Shown here: piece by piece, positions 19,020 through 28,656 of the stretch | How the letters are laid out: every line of letters begins with the position of its first letter | How positions within the stretch are numbered: position 1 is the stretch's first letter | DNA from: Minisyncoccota bacterium | GTDB lineage: Bacteria; Patescibacteriota; Minisyncoccia; Phycocordibacterales; UBA6065 | Length of the DNA: 64,000 nucleotides | Direction: 5' to 3' | Assembly (NCBI GenBank): GCA_035546035.1 | Contig: DASZXC010000014.1 | Coordinates: forward strand, 1,323-65,322 | Translations under genes and position numbers: made by a program | Notes under the pieces: model-generated | Databases searched by the model: none | Seen by the model: only the letters and a program-made list of their open reading frames with translations | What the model was told of the DNA's origin: nothing

Positions 19020-19505
19020 ATGAAATCGCTCGATCAAATCGCTCTCATTGGGAATCCCGCGCCGGATTTCACCCTTAAGGACCAGGATGGCAAGCTCCGG
19101 TCGCTTTCCGACTGGCAAGGCCAGTGGGTCATTCTCTATTTCTATCCCAAGGACATGACGTCGGGATGCACGCTCGAAGCCCAGGAATTCCGCGACCATG
19201 AATACGAGATCGGAGATATGAACGCGGTCATCATCGGAGTAAGCCCTGATGACCAGAAATCGCATACCAAATTCTGCCAGGAACAGAGCCTGAACTTCAC
19301 GCTCCTCTCGGATACGGAAAAGGAGGCTGCCGAGGCATACGACGTTTGGAAAGAGAAATCTATGTACGGAAACAAGTACTGGGGCGTCGAGCGTACGACG
19401 TTCCTGATAGATCCTGCCGGCAAGGTTGCCAAGATATATTCAAAGGTGAGGCCTCTCGGCCACGCCGAGGCCGTCATTGCGGATCTCGAGAAGCTACAGA
19501 AATAG
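19020..19505 (+). CDS. bcp: Thioredoxin-dependent thiol peroxidase Bcp
   Basis: YFYPKDMTSGCTLEA and ERTTFLID motifs. Confidence 0.92.
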   Translation: MKSLDQIALIGNPAPDFTLKDQDGKLRSLSDWQGQWVILYFYPKDMTSGCTLEAQEFRDHEYEIGDMNAVIIGVSPDDQKSHTKFCQEQSLNFTLLSDTEKEAAEAYDVWKEKSMYGNKYWGVERTTFLIDPAGKVAKIYSKVRPLGHAEAVIADLEKLQK

Positions 19506-19520
19506 CCGAAAAGCGGCGCG

Positions 19521-20096
19521 CTAGAACCCCAGCGTGAACGTCATGGCGCTCTCGACTTTCTTCTCCCAGTCGCGGGTGTCGAGCTTCATCTCCTTCACTG
19601 CGAGGCCGTCTTTGAATTTGAGCGACCCGTTCTTAAGGGCGTAGTCGTAGATGTCCTTTGTCACTTTCACATCGTCTTTGCAGTACTTTATGATCTTTTC
19701 GATTTCGCCCTGCTTCCACCAGGTGACCGCTTCCAATCCGTGGCCTGATTTGCCCGCGCCGAGCGTCGCCTGCGCGATGGAATCCAGCTTGATCCGGAAG
19801 CCGAGAGATTTTTTGACCTCTTTGAGGAGGTCGAGGCTTTTGATCTTGGTCAGATCGCCCGGATAGTATTTATCCAGGAGGGGAATGTCGAAATGGTCGC
19901 CGTTGAACGTGATGAGCATATCGGCTGATTCGAGGATCGGCCAGAGCTTGCCGAAATCTTCCTGCAAAAAGCTGTGATACTGATCGGTCGAGTAGTCGTA
20001 CAGGCAGACGACGGAGATATCCAGGTCGCGCGGATCGTTCGAGCCCACATCCTGGAAGATATTGCGGGTTTCGATATCGAATACTATCTTTCGCAT
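19521..20096 (-). CDS. RNase H-like (YprB/DEDD) domain protein
   Basis: VFDIET, TFNGDHFDIP, YCKDDV acidic motifs; TACAAT 7 nt upstream of ATG 20096. Confidence 0.85.
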   Translation of the reverse strand: MRKIVFDIETRNIFQDVGSNDPRDLDISVVCLYDYSTDQYHSFLQEDFGKLWPILESADMLITFNGDHFDIPLLDKYYPGDLTKIKSLDLLKEVKKSLGFRIKLDSIAQATLGAGKSGHGLEAVTWWKQGEIEKIIKYCKDDVKVTKDIYDYALKNGSLKFKDGLAVKEMKLDTRDWEKKVESAMTFTLGF

Positions 20097-20119
20097 GGGA
20101 GGCATTGTAGCATATGCTT

Positions 20120-20890
20120 ATGGACCCGGTACTGAATCTCTATAAGAAGAAGAGCGAGACGCCTCTCCAGACCGTGGAAAGGTACGTCAAAGCCTATCCG
20201 GAATACGCCAAGACGCGTATGACCTATGCCGGTAGGCTCGACCCTATGGCCGAAGGCGTTCTAGTCGTGCTTTCGGGCGAAAAGAACAAGGAGAGGGAAG
20301 CCTATACGGGCTTGGACAAAGACTACGAATTCGAATTCATACTGGGCGTCGAGACCGATACGTTCGATGTATTGGGCAAGATCGCCTCTGGACCTTTGGC
20401 GAAAGCCGTGAGCGGCGTTTCAGAGGCTATCGTCGCGGGCGCTCTCAAAAAATATACCGGCAAGATCGAGCAGAAATATCCGCCGTATTCATCGAAGGTC
20501 CTCGATGGCGTGCCGTTATTCGAATTGGCCCGCAAAGGCAAGCTCGCGGAAAAGGATATTCCGATCCATGTCGTTGAGGCAAAAGACATCGAGCTCGTCT
20601 CTTCGCGAAGCATACCGAAAGACCGGTTCGTGGAGATGATATACAAAGACATAAGCGCCGTTCAGGGCGATTTTAGGCAGGACGAGATTTTGAAAGCATG
20701 GGACCTCTATTTCGCCGATGGGGCGCCTGACGCGTTCATGATATACAAGGCCCGCGTCTCGTGCGGAAGCGGATTCTATGTCCGCCAGCTCGTCTCTGAC
20801 GTCGGTCGAGACCTCGGCATAGGCGCCGTCACGGTCTCCATACTCCGCACGAGAGTAGGGAGCTACAACATAGCGGACTCTATAAAATAA
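20120..20890 (+). CDS. truB: tRNA pseudouridine(55) synthase TruB-like, no PUA domain
   Basis: YAGRLDPMAEGVL, QKYPPYSS, CGSGFYVR, RTRVG. Confidence 0.85.
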   Translation: MDPVLNLYKKKSETPLQTVERYVKAYPEYAKTRMTYAGRLDPMAEGVLVVLSGEKNKEREAYTGLDKDYEFEFILGVETDTFDVLGKIASGPLAKAVSGVSEAIVAGALKKYTGKIEQKYPPYSSKVLDGVPLFELARKGKLAEKDIPIHVVEAKDIELVSSRSIPKDRFVEMIYKDISAVQGDFRQDEILKAWDLYFADGAPDAFMIYKARVSCGSGFYVRQLVSDVGRDLGIGAVTVSILRTRVGSYNIADSIK

Positions 20891-20909
20891 AAACGGCTTC
20901 GGCCGGTTT

Positions 20910-21380
20910 TTAGATGCGGTTCGCTATATTCGCGTCCTCGACGAAGCTCTGCATAGAAGGCTGTCGTGCGGAGATCCGCGCGGCGCTGTCGGAAACGATG
21001 ATGACGAACGTGCTGCCGAGGGCGATAAGGATCGTCATGAGCCATTTCACGTATGCGGCCCAGGTCGGCTTGTCCCAGACGCGGTGGAGGACGAAGATCG
21101 AGTAGAACGATATGAAGAAGGGGAGCACGAGCGCGACGACGAACGCCATGCCGGTGAAAAGAAACGCGACGCCCGTGAGCGCGGTATGCCCGAGGATAAC
21201 GTACAGGAGGAAGCGTACCGCAAGGAAGAGATTATCAACGTGATAGAGCGTGAAATAGCCGAAAACGCCAAGGTATGCGAGCGTGCCGATCGATCGGATG
21301 TCGGGCGCGAAGTAGAAGTCGGCGACTTCCTTTATATATGATCTTTTTGCCGCCGGTTTGTCTGCCATAGGACTATACAT
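20910..21380 (-). CDS. Hypothetical membrane protein
   Basis: About 4 hydrophobic segments; fills the gap between convergent and divergent genes. Confidence 0.7.
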   Translation of the reverse strand: MYSPMADKPAAKRSYIKEVADFYFAPDIRSIGTLAYLGVFGYFTLYHVDNLFLAVRFLLYVILGHTALTGVAFLFTGMAFVVALVLPFFISFYSIFVLHRVWDKPTWAAYVKWLMTILIALGSTFVIIVSDSAARISARQPSMQSFVEDANIANRI

Positions 21381-21527
21381 TCACACATTTTAAATATTTG
21401 TCAAACAACGTTTGACCTGGCGGCTATAATCGTCTATACTCGTGGCTAATCGTCAGTGTCAGTGGTGAGAGCGAAAGTTTAAGCCAAAGGCAGGTCGGAC
21501 GGGAGTTATAAGAAATACAAGTCATAC

Positions 21528-21818
21528 ATGGCAAAGAAACTTTACGTGGGCAACCTCTCGTACGGCACGACTTCGGAGAGCCTCAAGGCAGGCTTCGAGA
21601 AGGCGGGTTCCGTCATCGAGGCGATCGTTCTCACCGACAAGATGACCGGCCGTTCGCGAGGCTTCGGCTTCGTGACGATGGAAGACGCTGATGCCGACAA
21701 GGCGATCGCGGCTTTCGACGGCAAGGATTTCGAAGGCCGACCTATCAAGGTCAACGAGGCGAAGCCTATGGAGGAGCGCCCTCGAAGGTCGTTCGACAGC
21801 AACCGCAGGAGCTTCTAA
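21528..21818 (+). CDS. RRM RNA-binding protein
   Basis: RNP2 LYVGNL and RNP1 RGFGFVTM. Confidence 0.95.
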   Translation: MAKKLYVGNLSYGTTSESLKAGFEKAGSVIEAIVLTDKMTGRSRGFGFVTMEDADADKAIAAFDGKDFEGRPIKVNEAKPMEERPRRSFDSNRRSF

Positions 21819-21830
21819 TTCCTGCAAGAC

Positions 21831-21865
21831 AAAAGCCGCCCCTGTGAAAATAGAGGGCGGCTTTT
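21831..21865 (+). terminator. Intrinsic terminator
   Basis: AAAAGCCGCCC / GGGCGGCTTTT inverted repeat after the RRM gene. Confidence 0.8.
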
Positions 21866-21908
21866 GCTATCATGTGGGAGGACCACTTCAACGAAAGGAT
21901 CTTTTATT

Positions 21909-22298
21909 ATGAATCAGCATTCCGGCGACGCCAGGGCATTCCTCTCTGCCGTCGAGCCGTTCTTGGCGGATCTGCGGAGGCTCTATGACGAAGGCGGCGG
22001 CGAAGGGCGGGCATTCGCCCGCGATATCCGCCTCGAATCGGAGAGGCTTATCGCTTGGGGCGACGGGCTCCAGAAGCATATGAAATGGATGGAAGACCTG
22101 CAGAAAGAAGGCCTTAGAGATAAGCCTCTCAAGCCGTTCAGCAAGGAGGCCCGCGAATACGGTCAGTGGAGAGAGCGAGAGCGCCTGTATGTCGAGCGTC
22201 TGGATCGGCCGCTCTTCGAGGCGATCGACCGGCTCGACGAGCTCCGGGGCGTGCTCTCGAAGCCCGTCTCCGCGCACATCACGCAAGAACCCGCATAA
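21909..22298 (+). CDS. Hypothetical helical protein (ORFan-like)
   Basis: -10 TATCAT, SD-like AAAGGA, 129-aa ORF and terminator at the stop. Confidence 0.65.
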   Translation: MNQHSGDARAFLSAVEPFLADLRRLYDEGGGEGRAFARDIRLESERLIAWGDGLQKHMKWMEDLQKEGLRDKPLKPFSKEAREYGQWRERERLYVERLDRPLFEAIDRLDELRGVLSKPVSAHITQEPA

Positions 22299-22312
22299 TG
22301 CGGGTTCTTTTT
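22285..22312. terminator. Bidirectional terminator
   Basis: AAGAACCCGCA-TAA-TGCGGGTTCTT between convergent genes. Confidence 0.75.
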
Positions 22313-24119
22313 ATACCTTCTTCTTCGCTTTCTCGCGGTCGGCCTTTTTCAGATACTGCTTGCGGAGGCGGACCGATTCAGGGGTGATCTCGAGGAAGTC
22401 GCTTTCGTGCATGATCTCGAGGCCTCGCTCGATGGTGAGAGTGAACGGAGGGATGAGGTCTATGGCTTCGTCCTTGCCTGCAGATCGGTAGTTCGACATG
22501 ACCTTGCCTTTGCATGGATTGACTTCGAGATCGTCGCCTTTCGACGTGTTGCCGATGAGCATGCCTTCGTACACGGGAACGCCCGCGCCGATATAGAGAG
22601 TGCCGCGCTCCTGGAGGTTCCAGAGGGCGAAGCCGACGGCGTCGCCGTTCTCCATGGAGATCATCGATCCGAATTCGTGCTTCTCGATGACGCCGACGTG
22701 AGGCCTGAAACCGATGAAGCGGGCGGAGAGGATACCTTCCCCGCGCGTATCCACGACGAATTCGCCGCGATAGCCGAGGAGGCCGCGCGTCGGGATCTCG
22801 AAGGTGAGGCGGGTGATGCCTTCATGCTCTCGCATATTGGTCATGATGCCCTTCCTCTGGGAGAGCTTGCGGATGACTTCGCCCGATACGTCGTTTCGGA
22901 CGTCGGCGGTCACCTCTTCGAACGGCTCCGATTTGACGCCGTCGATCTCTTTGACGATTACCTGCGGCTGGGAGACCTGCAATTCGAAGCCCTCGCGACG
23001 CATGGTCTCGAGCAGGATGGAGATATGGAGCTCGCCGCGGCCGTAGACCTTGAACGTATCGACGCCGGGGATCGTCTCGCCCGGAGCAGGGGAGAAATCG
23101 ATCTTAAGGCCCACATTGACCTCGAGCTCCTTCTCAAGGCGCTCGCGGATTTGGCGGGTGGTGACGAATTTGCCTTCGCGTCCCGCGAAAGGCGAGTTAT
23201 TGACGAGGAAGTTAAGGGCGATGGTCGGCTCGTCCACGTTGATGGCATGAAGGGGCTCTTGGCCCGCGCTCTCGCAGATCGTCTCGCCGATGAAGATATC
23301 AGGGAGGCCGGCCACCATGACGATGTCGCCCGCCCCTGCTTCGTTGACCTCTTTGCGGTCGAGGCCTTCGAACGAATAGAGCTTGGTCACCTTGCCCTGG
23401 CGCGCCTCGCCGGTTGGCTTCTTGATAAAGACGTTCTGGCCGACCTTGATCTTGCCCTCATAGACGCGGCCAAGGCCGAGTCGCCCGGTATAGGAATCGT
23501 ATGCGAGGTTGAATGGCTGCATACGGAGGGGCGCTTCGGTATTGGAAGGAGCCGGAGGGACGAGCTCGAGGATTGCGTCGAGAAGGGGAGTGAGATCCTT
23601 CGATTCGTCAGTGAGGTTCCGCTTGGCTATGCCCTGACGGCCGATCGAATAGATCGTGGTGAAATCGAGCTGAGCGTCGGTCGCTTCGAGCTCGATGAAG
23701 AGTTCCAGGATCTCGTCGAGGACTTCTTTTGGGCGCGCCGCAGGTTTATCGATCTTGTTTATGAGGACGATCGGCCTCATTCCCAATTCGAGGGACTTTT
23801 TGAGCACGAAACGGGTCTGGGGCATAGGGCCTTCCTGGGCGTCTACGAGAAGGAGGACGGTATCGATGGAGCGGAGCACGCGCTCGACTTCGGAGCCGAA
23901 ATCGGCGTGTCCGGGAGTGTCGATGATATTGATCTTGGTGCCTTTATAATTTATCGAAGCGTTCTTGGCATAGATGGTGATGCCGCGCTCCTGCTCGAGA
24001 GCGTTCGAGTCCATGGAAAAGCCTTCCTTGGCGACGCCGGACTGCTTCATGATGCCGTCCATGAGCGTGGTCTTGCCGTGGTCCACGTGGGCGATGATGG
24101 CTATGTTCCTGATCTGCAT
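22311..24119 (-). CDS. typA: Translational GTPase TypA/BipA
   Basis: AHVDHGKTT, DTPGHADFG, NKID, GRGELH, IPTRGLLG, EITPESVRLRK. Confidence 0.97.
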   Translation of the reverse strand: MQIRNIAIIAHVDHGKTTLMDGIMKQSGVAKEGFSMDSNALEQERGITIYAKNASINYKGTKINIIDTPGHADFGSEVERVLRSIDTVLLLVDAQEGPMPQTRFVLKKSLELGMRPIVLINKIDKPAARPKEVLDEILELFIELEATDAQLDFTTIYSIGRQGIAKRNLTDESKDLTPLLDAILELVPPAPSNTEAPLRMQPFNLAYDSYTGRLGLGRVYEGKIKVGQNVFIKKPTGEARQGKVTKLYSFEGLDRKEVNEAGAGDIVMVAGLPDIFIGETICESAGQEPLHAINVDEPTIALNFLVNNSPFAGREGKFVTTRQIRERLEKELEVNVGLKIDFSPAPGETIPGVDTFKVYGRGELHISILLETMRREGFELQVSQPQVIVKEIDGVKSEPFEEVTADVRNDVSGEVIRKLSQRKGIMTNMREHEGITRLTFEIPTRGLLGYRGEFVVDTRGEGILSARFIGFRPHVGVIEKHEFGSMISMENGDAVGFALWNLQERGTLYIGAGVPVYEGMLIGNTSKGDDLEVNPCKGKVMSNYRSAGKDEAIDLIPPFTLTIERGLEIMHESDFLEITPESVRLRKQYLKKADREKAKKKV

Positions 24120-24231
24120 GGGTTTCTAGGGAAAATAAAAAATGAGCCGCAGCTCTTTATGGAGCTCTATTTAAACAAAAAAGCCCTTTTTTGTCAAAAG
24201 GGCTTTGAAAGCTTGCCTGTGCGGGCGCGTC

Positions 24232-24876
24232 CTATGCCGCGGGAACCATTCCTATCGCGGGGAGCGCCGGCGGAGAGGACGATTTCCGGCGCGTGACCGC
24301 CGGAAGGGGCTCTGCCGCCTGCTGCGAGATGGCCGGAATGTCGCCGGTGCGGGCGAACCTTTCGACGAGGCTGCGGACGAAAGGCGCGTGCCGAGCCTGC
24401 GCGAGGTCGATCTCGAAGGCGGGATCGCCGCGCTCCTTGAGCTTCTCGTGGATCGTCACGTTCTCGATCTCGAATCGGGCCACCTCGTTCGTTCGCGCCT
24501 CTTCCTTGATCCCGGCCGACGTCATGATGACGACAGACTGGATCTGGAAGCAGCGGTCCGAAAGAAAGGCGAGAACGCTGTCCAATTCCCCGGCCGAGAG
24601 GACATCGCTATCGATCACGAGGAAGGGGAGCGCTCTGTTTTTCAGAATCGCGACCTTTACCGCGTGCAGCCTGTCGCCGCCGGCCGTCGTCGGAAGGCTG
24701 CCCGGTCCGATATAGACGATGGGCCGCTGTTCGGGTCCCGTCAGATCTGCGGCCAGATTCCGCCCATGGGAGCGGTCCTGGCAGAGGGGGCTTATGCCGA
24801 TGAGAACGGCGGTCTTGGCGACGGGTCTGGAGACGGAGGATGAGGTCGGTTCTTGCCTGTCTGGACGTGTGAGCAT
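24232..24876 (-). CDS. Hypothetical protein (alpha/beta pattern, ORFan-like)
   Basis: 214-aa ORF filling the gap; start uncertain; no family recognised. Confidence 0.5.
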   Translation of the reverse strand: MLTRPDRQEPTSSSVSRPVAKTAVLIGISPLCQDRSHGRNLAADLTGPEQRPIVYIGPGSLPTTAGGDRLHAVKVAILKNRALPFLVIDSDVLSAGELDSVLAFLSDRCFQIQSVVIMTSAGIKEEARTNEVARFEIENVTIHEKLKERGDPAFEIDLAQARHAPFVRSLVERFARTGDIPAISQQAAEPLPAVTRRKSSSPPALPAIGMVPAA

Positions 24877-24994
24877 ATTGAGGTAACTGCGGTTTTCTGC
24901 GTTTTGAGTTTAGGTACGCCTCTTTTGGGAAAGAGCTTGCCGTTCGAGATAATCTCATGAAGTCGTATCGGAGTCAATATACCATTCCGCATAG

Positions 24995-25025
24995 AAAAGG
25001 CCCCTATCTTGTCGATAGGGGCCTT
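24995..25025 (-). terminator. Intrinsic terminator after adk-like gene
   Basis: AAGGCCCCTATC / GATAGGGGCCTT stem with U-tract on the minus strand. Confidence 0.75.
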
Positions 25026-25030
25026 GCAGA

Positions 25031-25672
25031 TCATGCGTCCGCGAACGTCGTTTCCAATTCGAGGATGCGCTGATGAGCGATCGCCACCCGCGCTTCCGGC
25101 TCATGGATGCCGGAATTGATCTCGAGGTAGCGGCTCGGATATCTTCCCGCGAACGCCTGGACCACGGGAAGAAGAGTCCTTTCGAACAGGTCCTGCCGCG
25201 TATTGCACATATCGAGGGTTTCGCCCTGACGGCCGCGTTTGAGCATGCGCTCGATCGCGATTCGCCGTTCGATCTCGAGATAGCACATCACGAAGCGGCT
25301 GCTTACCTTGCCGATCTCCTCGTTCTGGACGTCGTTCCGAGGAAAGCCGTCGAGGATGATACGGGTGTAGCCTTCAGCCTCGAGCTCGGCGATCCGGGCA
25401 AGGACGATGGGGATCACGTATTCATCCGGGACGTTGTTGCCCGATTCCCTGAACGAGCGGGCGGTCTTGACCATCGCGCTCTCTCCCTCGTCGCCGCCGT
25501 TCCGAGGCGCGTTGATGAAGTCGTCGATGGCCTTGCTCGTCACGACCAGGGCGGTCTTGCCGAGTCTCGGCGTAAGCAGTTCGCCCGTAAACTCCTTGCC
25601 GGCGCCGGGACGGCCCGCAAGGAGGATAAGGGTTACGTGTTTCAGCGCATGTGTAATCTGTTCAGATTGCAA
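25031..25672 (-). CDS. Nucleoside monophosphate kinase (adenylate kinase-like)
   Basis: P-loop GRPGAGKE and LDGFPRN; TTG start preceded by AGGAGG. Confidence 0.85.
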   Translation of the reverse strand: MQSEQITHALKHVTLILLAGRPGAGKEFTGELLTPRLGKTALVVTSKAIDDFINAPRNGGDEGESAMVKTARSFRESGNNVPDEYVIPIVLARIAELEAEGYTRIILDGFPRNDVQNEEIGKVSSRFVMCYLEIERRIAIERMLKRGRQGETLDMCNTRQDLFERTLLPVVQAFAGRYPSRYLEINSGIHEPEARVAIAHQRILELETTFADA

Positions 25673-25760
25673 ACTAACCTCCTATGGTTTTAGGGTTTAT
25701 TGTTGACGTGAAAGAACAAAGATAAAAAGAATCTAACACGCAAATCCTCCTTCGGCAACG

Positions 25761-26504
25761 TTAGCGCTTGAGGAGGACGAGGTATTCCTTATTACCCTTC
25801 TCGCCCTCGATAGGAGAGTCGGTTTGGGCTATGAACGAGAAGCCGCTTTCCTTTGCGGAGGCGACGACTTTCTCGAGGGCGCTTTTCCGGACAGCCTCAT
25901 CGGTGACCACTCCTTTATACTTGTCGGCGATTTCTTTGCCGACCTCGAATTGCGGCTTGACGAGGATGATCGCTCGGCCTCCTTTCTTTACGAGCTCGCA
26001 TATTTTCGGCAGGGCGAGCCCGACCGATATGAACGAGAGGTCCGCGACGACGATGTCGGCGGGGGAATCCGTCGAAAAATCGCGAATATCGGTCTCTTCA
26101 TGGGCTTCGACGCGGGGGTCGGAACGGAGCGACTGATCCAACTGTCCTTTCCCCACGTCTATGGCGATGACCTTTTCAGCGCCGTTTCTCAAAAGGCAAT
26201 CGGTGAAGCCCCCGGTAGACGAACCGACGTCGATGGCGGTCAGTCCTCGCGCGTCTATGCGGAATGTCGAAAGCGCGTGGGCGAGCTTTTCCCCCGCGCG
26301 ACTGACGAATGCCGCGTCTCCGGCGACCGCTATCGCATCGTCAGGCGAGATATCCATGCTCGCCTTGGCCGCGGCCGCGCCGTTCACGGTCACTTTTCCG
26401 CGCTTGATGAGGTCGCTCGCGGCCGACCGGGAGCGCGCCAGGCCCCGCCTTTGAATCTCGACGTCGAGCCGGTTCGCGCTCATAGAGAGGTTCTCGTTTT
26501 CCAT
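25761..26504 (-). CDS. tlyA: TlyA-family rRNA methyltransferase
   Basis: S4 domain, FVSRAGEKL, DVGSSTGGFTD, LVKPQFE, GNKEYL. Confidence 0.95.
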   Translation of the reverse strand: MENENLSMSANRLDVEIQRRGLARSRSAASDLIKRGKVTVNGAAAAKASMDISPDDAIAVAGDAAFVSRAGEKLAHALSTFRIDARGLTAIDVGSSTGGFTDCLLRNGAEKVIAIDVGKGQLDQSLRSDPRVEAHEETDIRDFSTDSPADIVVADLSFISVGLALPKICELVKKGGRAIILVKPQFEVGKEIADKYKGVVTDEAVRKSALEKVVASAKESGFSFIAQTDSPIEGEKGNKEYLVLLKR

Positions 26505-26629
26505 GCGCTTACTCTACTGGAAAAAGCCGCCGCTGTTTATCCACAGCGGCCCCATAATGCTTTAAATCTATAATGAGGTTAAATCGGGCGACCGTGCCGC
26601 GATATAGGGGCGCTCCCCGGTATGCATTT

Positions 26630-27052
26630 ATGAGCCATTCCATTCGCCAGCCGTCCTTCGCTTCCCGCGGATTCAAATTAGCCCTCCTTTGGATCCTTTT
26701 CGCTCTCGTCTCTCTCGCAACGTACGCGCTTTCGCATAGAATAGGATCTGACGCGCTCAACGCTGCAGCCGCTTTTCTTGCCGGCGGCCATAATGCGGAG
26801 ATAGCTCTCTATGCCGACAGGGCCGAGCCTTCTTCGATCGAAGTGCGGCAGGGCGAGCAGGTCGTCTTCGTCGTCAAAGACGACAGCCGCCACGACATGG
26901 CGGAAGATCGATCGCAAAGGAGGGAAGCCCGCCTCGCATCGGGCGAGATACGAAAGGGCGAGAGCTATGCCCTGGTCTTCCGCCAGAGCGGCTCCCTCTC
27001 GTTCTACGACCGCCTGAACCAGGATATCCGCGTGACCGTCACCGTTCGTTGA
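26630..27052 (+). CDS. Membrane-anchored cupredoxin-fold protein lacking type-1 Cu ligands
   Basis: PSSIEVRQGEQVVF...H...SGEIRKGESY...F...G...FYDRLN pattern; no Cys. Confidence 0.65.
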   Translation: MSHSIRQPSFASRGFKLALLWILFALVSLATYALSHRIGSDALNAAAAFLAGGHNAEIALYADRAEPSSIEVRQGEQVVFVVKDDSRHDMAEDRSQRREARLASGEIRKGESYALVFRQSGSLSFYDRLNQDIRVTVTVR

Positions 27053-27106
27053 TCGGCCGGCTAGCGCGTGACCGTCACCGTTCGTTGATCGGCCGGCTAG
27101 CGCGTG
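27029..27106. repeat. 36-bp perfect tandem duplication
   Basis: CGCGTGACCGTCACCGTTCGTTGATCGGCCGGCTAG at 27029-27064 and 27065-27100, followed by CGCGTG. Confidence 0.95.
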
Positions 27107-27834
27107 GTCGTGGCCTGCTCTTTCCGTATCTCCGTCTCGAACGGCCTGATCTCGACTGCCCGGAACGTGAGGTCGCCTGTCTTCTTGCCGATGATCTTGA
27201 CGCGGTCGCCGGTCTGAAACTTGAATCCTGCCGGCACAAGCGCGACGCCGTCTCCCGTCACTTCCCAGAGGTCGAAATTCTGGTCGCGGAGCGTGAATTG
27301 GTCATCCGATTCCTTCGCTTTGATCGAACCTGAAAGAAGGCCGTGCTCCGGATCGAACCACGTCTCGGTATTGAGAGGAACCACCGTCGAATATATGGGT
27401 ATGTTCTCTGCGGCTGCTTTGTTCACATATTTCGCCACGTTGAGGGTATAGAGCACCGATCCGAACGCGACGGCGACGATCCCGGCGATAAGGGCGAACT
27501 GCCGCGCCGTCACGCGATAGCCTTTCCTCGTGCGCCTGAAATTGATATACGCCGCCGCGGCGACGGCGATCGTTGCGGCGATCCAGAAGACGGGGATCGA
27601 ATAGAGGAGGCGCTCGGAGAAGGAGAGGCCGAGCTTGGCGAATATCGTCCGGTCGGTGCCGAAGACCATGAATATGATCATGCCGAAGCCGAGCGAGAGC
27701 GCCGCGGCGAACACGCCGAGAAGCACCCAGAGGATATAGTCGCGGACGCGGAAGTACGTCTTCGGCGTTGGCCTGACCTTGTCCGCCTTTATTCTCTTCA
27801 AAATTTGTTCTTGTAGCGTCATGGTCTTTCTCAT
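27097..27834 (-). CDS. Putative anti-sigma membrane protein (3 TM + small OB-like domain)
   Basis: Overlaps the ECF sigma stop by 4 nt; TM segments; C-terminal GDRVKIIGK...FRAVEIRP (DUF5666-like). Confidence 0.65.
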   Translation of the reverse strand: MRKTMTLQEQILKRIKADKVRPTPKTYFRVRDYILWVLLGVFAAALSLGFGMIIFMVFGTDRTIFAKLGLSFSERLLYSIPVFWIAATIAVAAAAYINFRRTRKGYRVTARQFALIAGIVAVAFGSVLYTLNVAKYVNKAAAENIPIYSTVVPLNTETWFDPEHGLLSGSIKAKESDDQFTLRDQNFDLWEVTGDGVALVPAGFKFQTGDRVKIIGKKTGDLTFRAVEIRPFETEIRKEQATTTR

Positions 27835-28457
27835 AGCCCTCCTAAGTGCATTCCTCCTTCATCCGCGAGCCTCTTGAATTCCTTCTTGGCCCGGTGGATA
27901 AGCGTAGCCACGGTCCCGGGGGGCTTGCGCAGGATATCTGATATGTCGTTATAGTCTTTGTCTTCGAGGAACTTAAGGACGAGGACCGACCGATATTTCG
28001 GCTCGAGCCGGTCGAGGACCGACGTGATGTTCTTCTTGACGTAGTCGCGGTCGACTTCGGCGAGGACGTCGTCGTCGGCGGCCATCGTCTCGGCGAGCGT
28101 CATCGTGTCGTCGTCATACGCCTGGTCGTCGAGAGATGCGCCGACATGCTTCTTCCGGCGGAGGTGATCTATCGATTCGTTATGGGCGATTCGGTATACC
28201 CACGAGGAGAACGAGAGGTCCTGGTCGAAGTCGTTGAGGTTCTCGTACGCCTTTATGAATATGTCTTGAAGGAGCATGTCGAGCTCGTCCGGGGTGGGGC
28301 GGGCGATGCGGCGGATATAGCGGCGCAAAGGCTCTTGATACTTTTCGATGATGCGGCCGAACTCTTCGCTCGATTCGAGCGCTCTCTGGACAAGGGCCGC
28401 GTCCTCCCGCGCGGCACTCAAGCCTTTTTCCGTCCCGGTTATGAATTCATCGGCCAT
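27831..28457 (-). CDS. ECF sigma-70 factor
   Basis: Region 2 (QDIFIKAY...FSSWVYRIAHN) and region 4 (YNDISDIL..PPGTVATLIHRAK). Confidence 0.93.
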   Translation of the reverse strand: MADEFITGTEKGLSAAREDAALVQRALESSEEFGRIIEKYQEPLRRYIRRIARPTPDELDMLLQDIFIKAYENLNDFDQDLSFSSWVYRIAHNESIDHLRRKKHVGASLDDQAYDDDTMTLAETMAADDDVLAEVDRDYVKKNITSVLDRLEPKYRSVLVLKFLEDKDYNDISDILRKPPGTVATLIHRAKKEFKRLADEGGMHLGGL

Positions 28458-28548
28458 GGCATGTCCATTATAGTTTATACGTTCGAGGAGGGCGATTTCT
28501 TCATAAACACGTTGCGGGAGGCCGTAAATCTGCTATTATGCAGAGCAT

Positions 28549-28624
28549 TCCTCGGTAGCTCAGTCGGTAGAGCGTCCCGCTGTTAACGGGAGGGTCCCTG
28601 GTTCGAGTCCAGGCCGAGGAGCCA
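28549..28624 (+). tRNA. tRNA-Asn(GTT)
   Basis: TCCTCGG/CCGAGGA acceptor stem, anticodon loop CT-GTT-AA, GTTCGAGTC T-loop, encoded CCA. Confidence 0.97.
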
Positions 28625-28656
28625 GGCAAGTTACCCTTTAATGGTATAGTTGTCCT

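Noticed and set aside
22407-24296. 629-aa ORF antisense to typA (likewise 44954-46921, 47826-49733, 13832-15196, 50448-51638)
   Set aside because: Shadow ORFs from codon bias opposite well-conserved genes; no recognisable motifs.
27029-27106. 36-bp repeat as a CRISPR array
   Set aside because: Copies are directly adjacent with no spacer, and there are no cas genes in the window.
28549-28624. tRNA-Asn or tRNA-Glu as integration sites
   Set aside because: No duplicated tRNA 3' end or integrase seen in the window.
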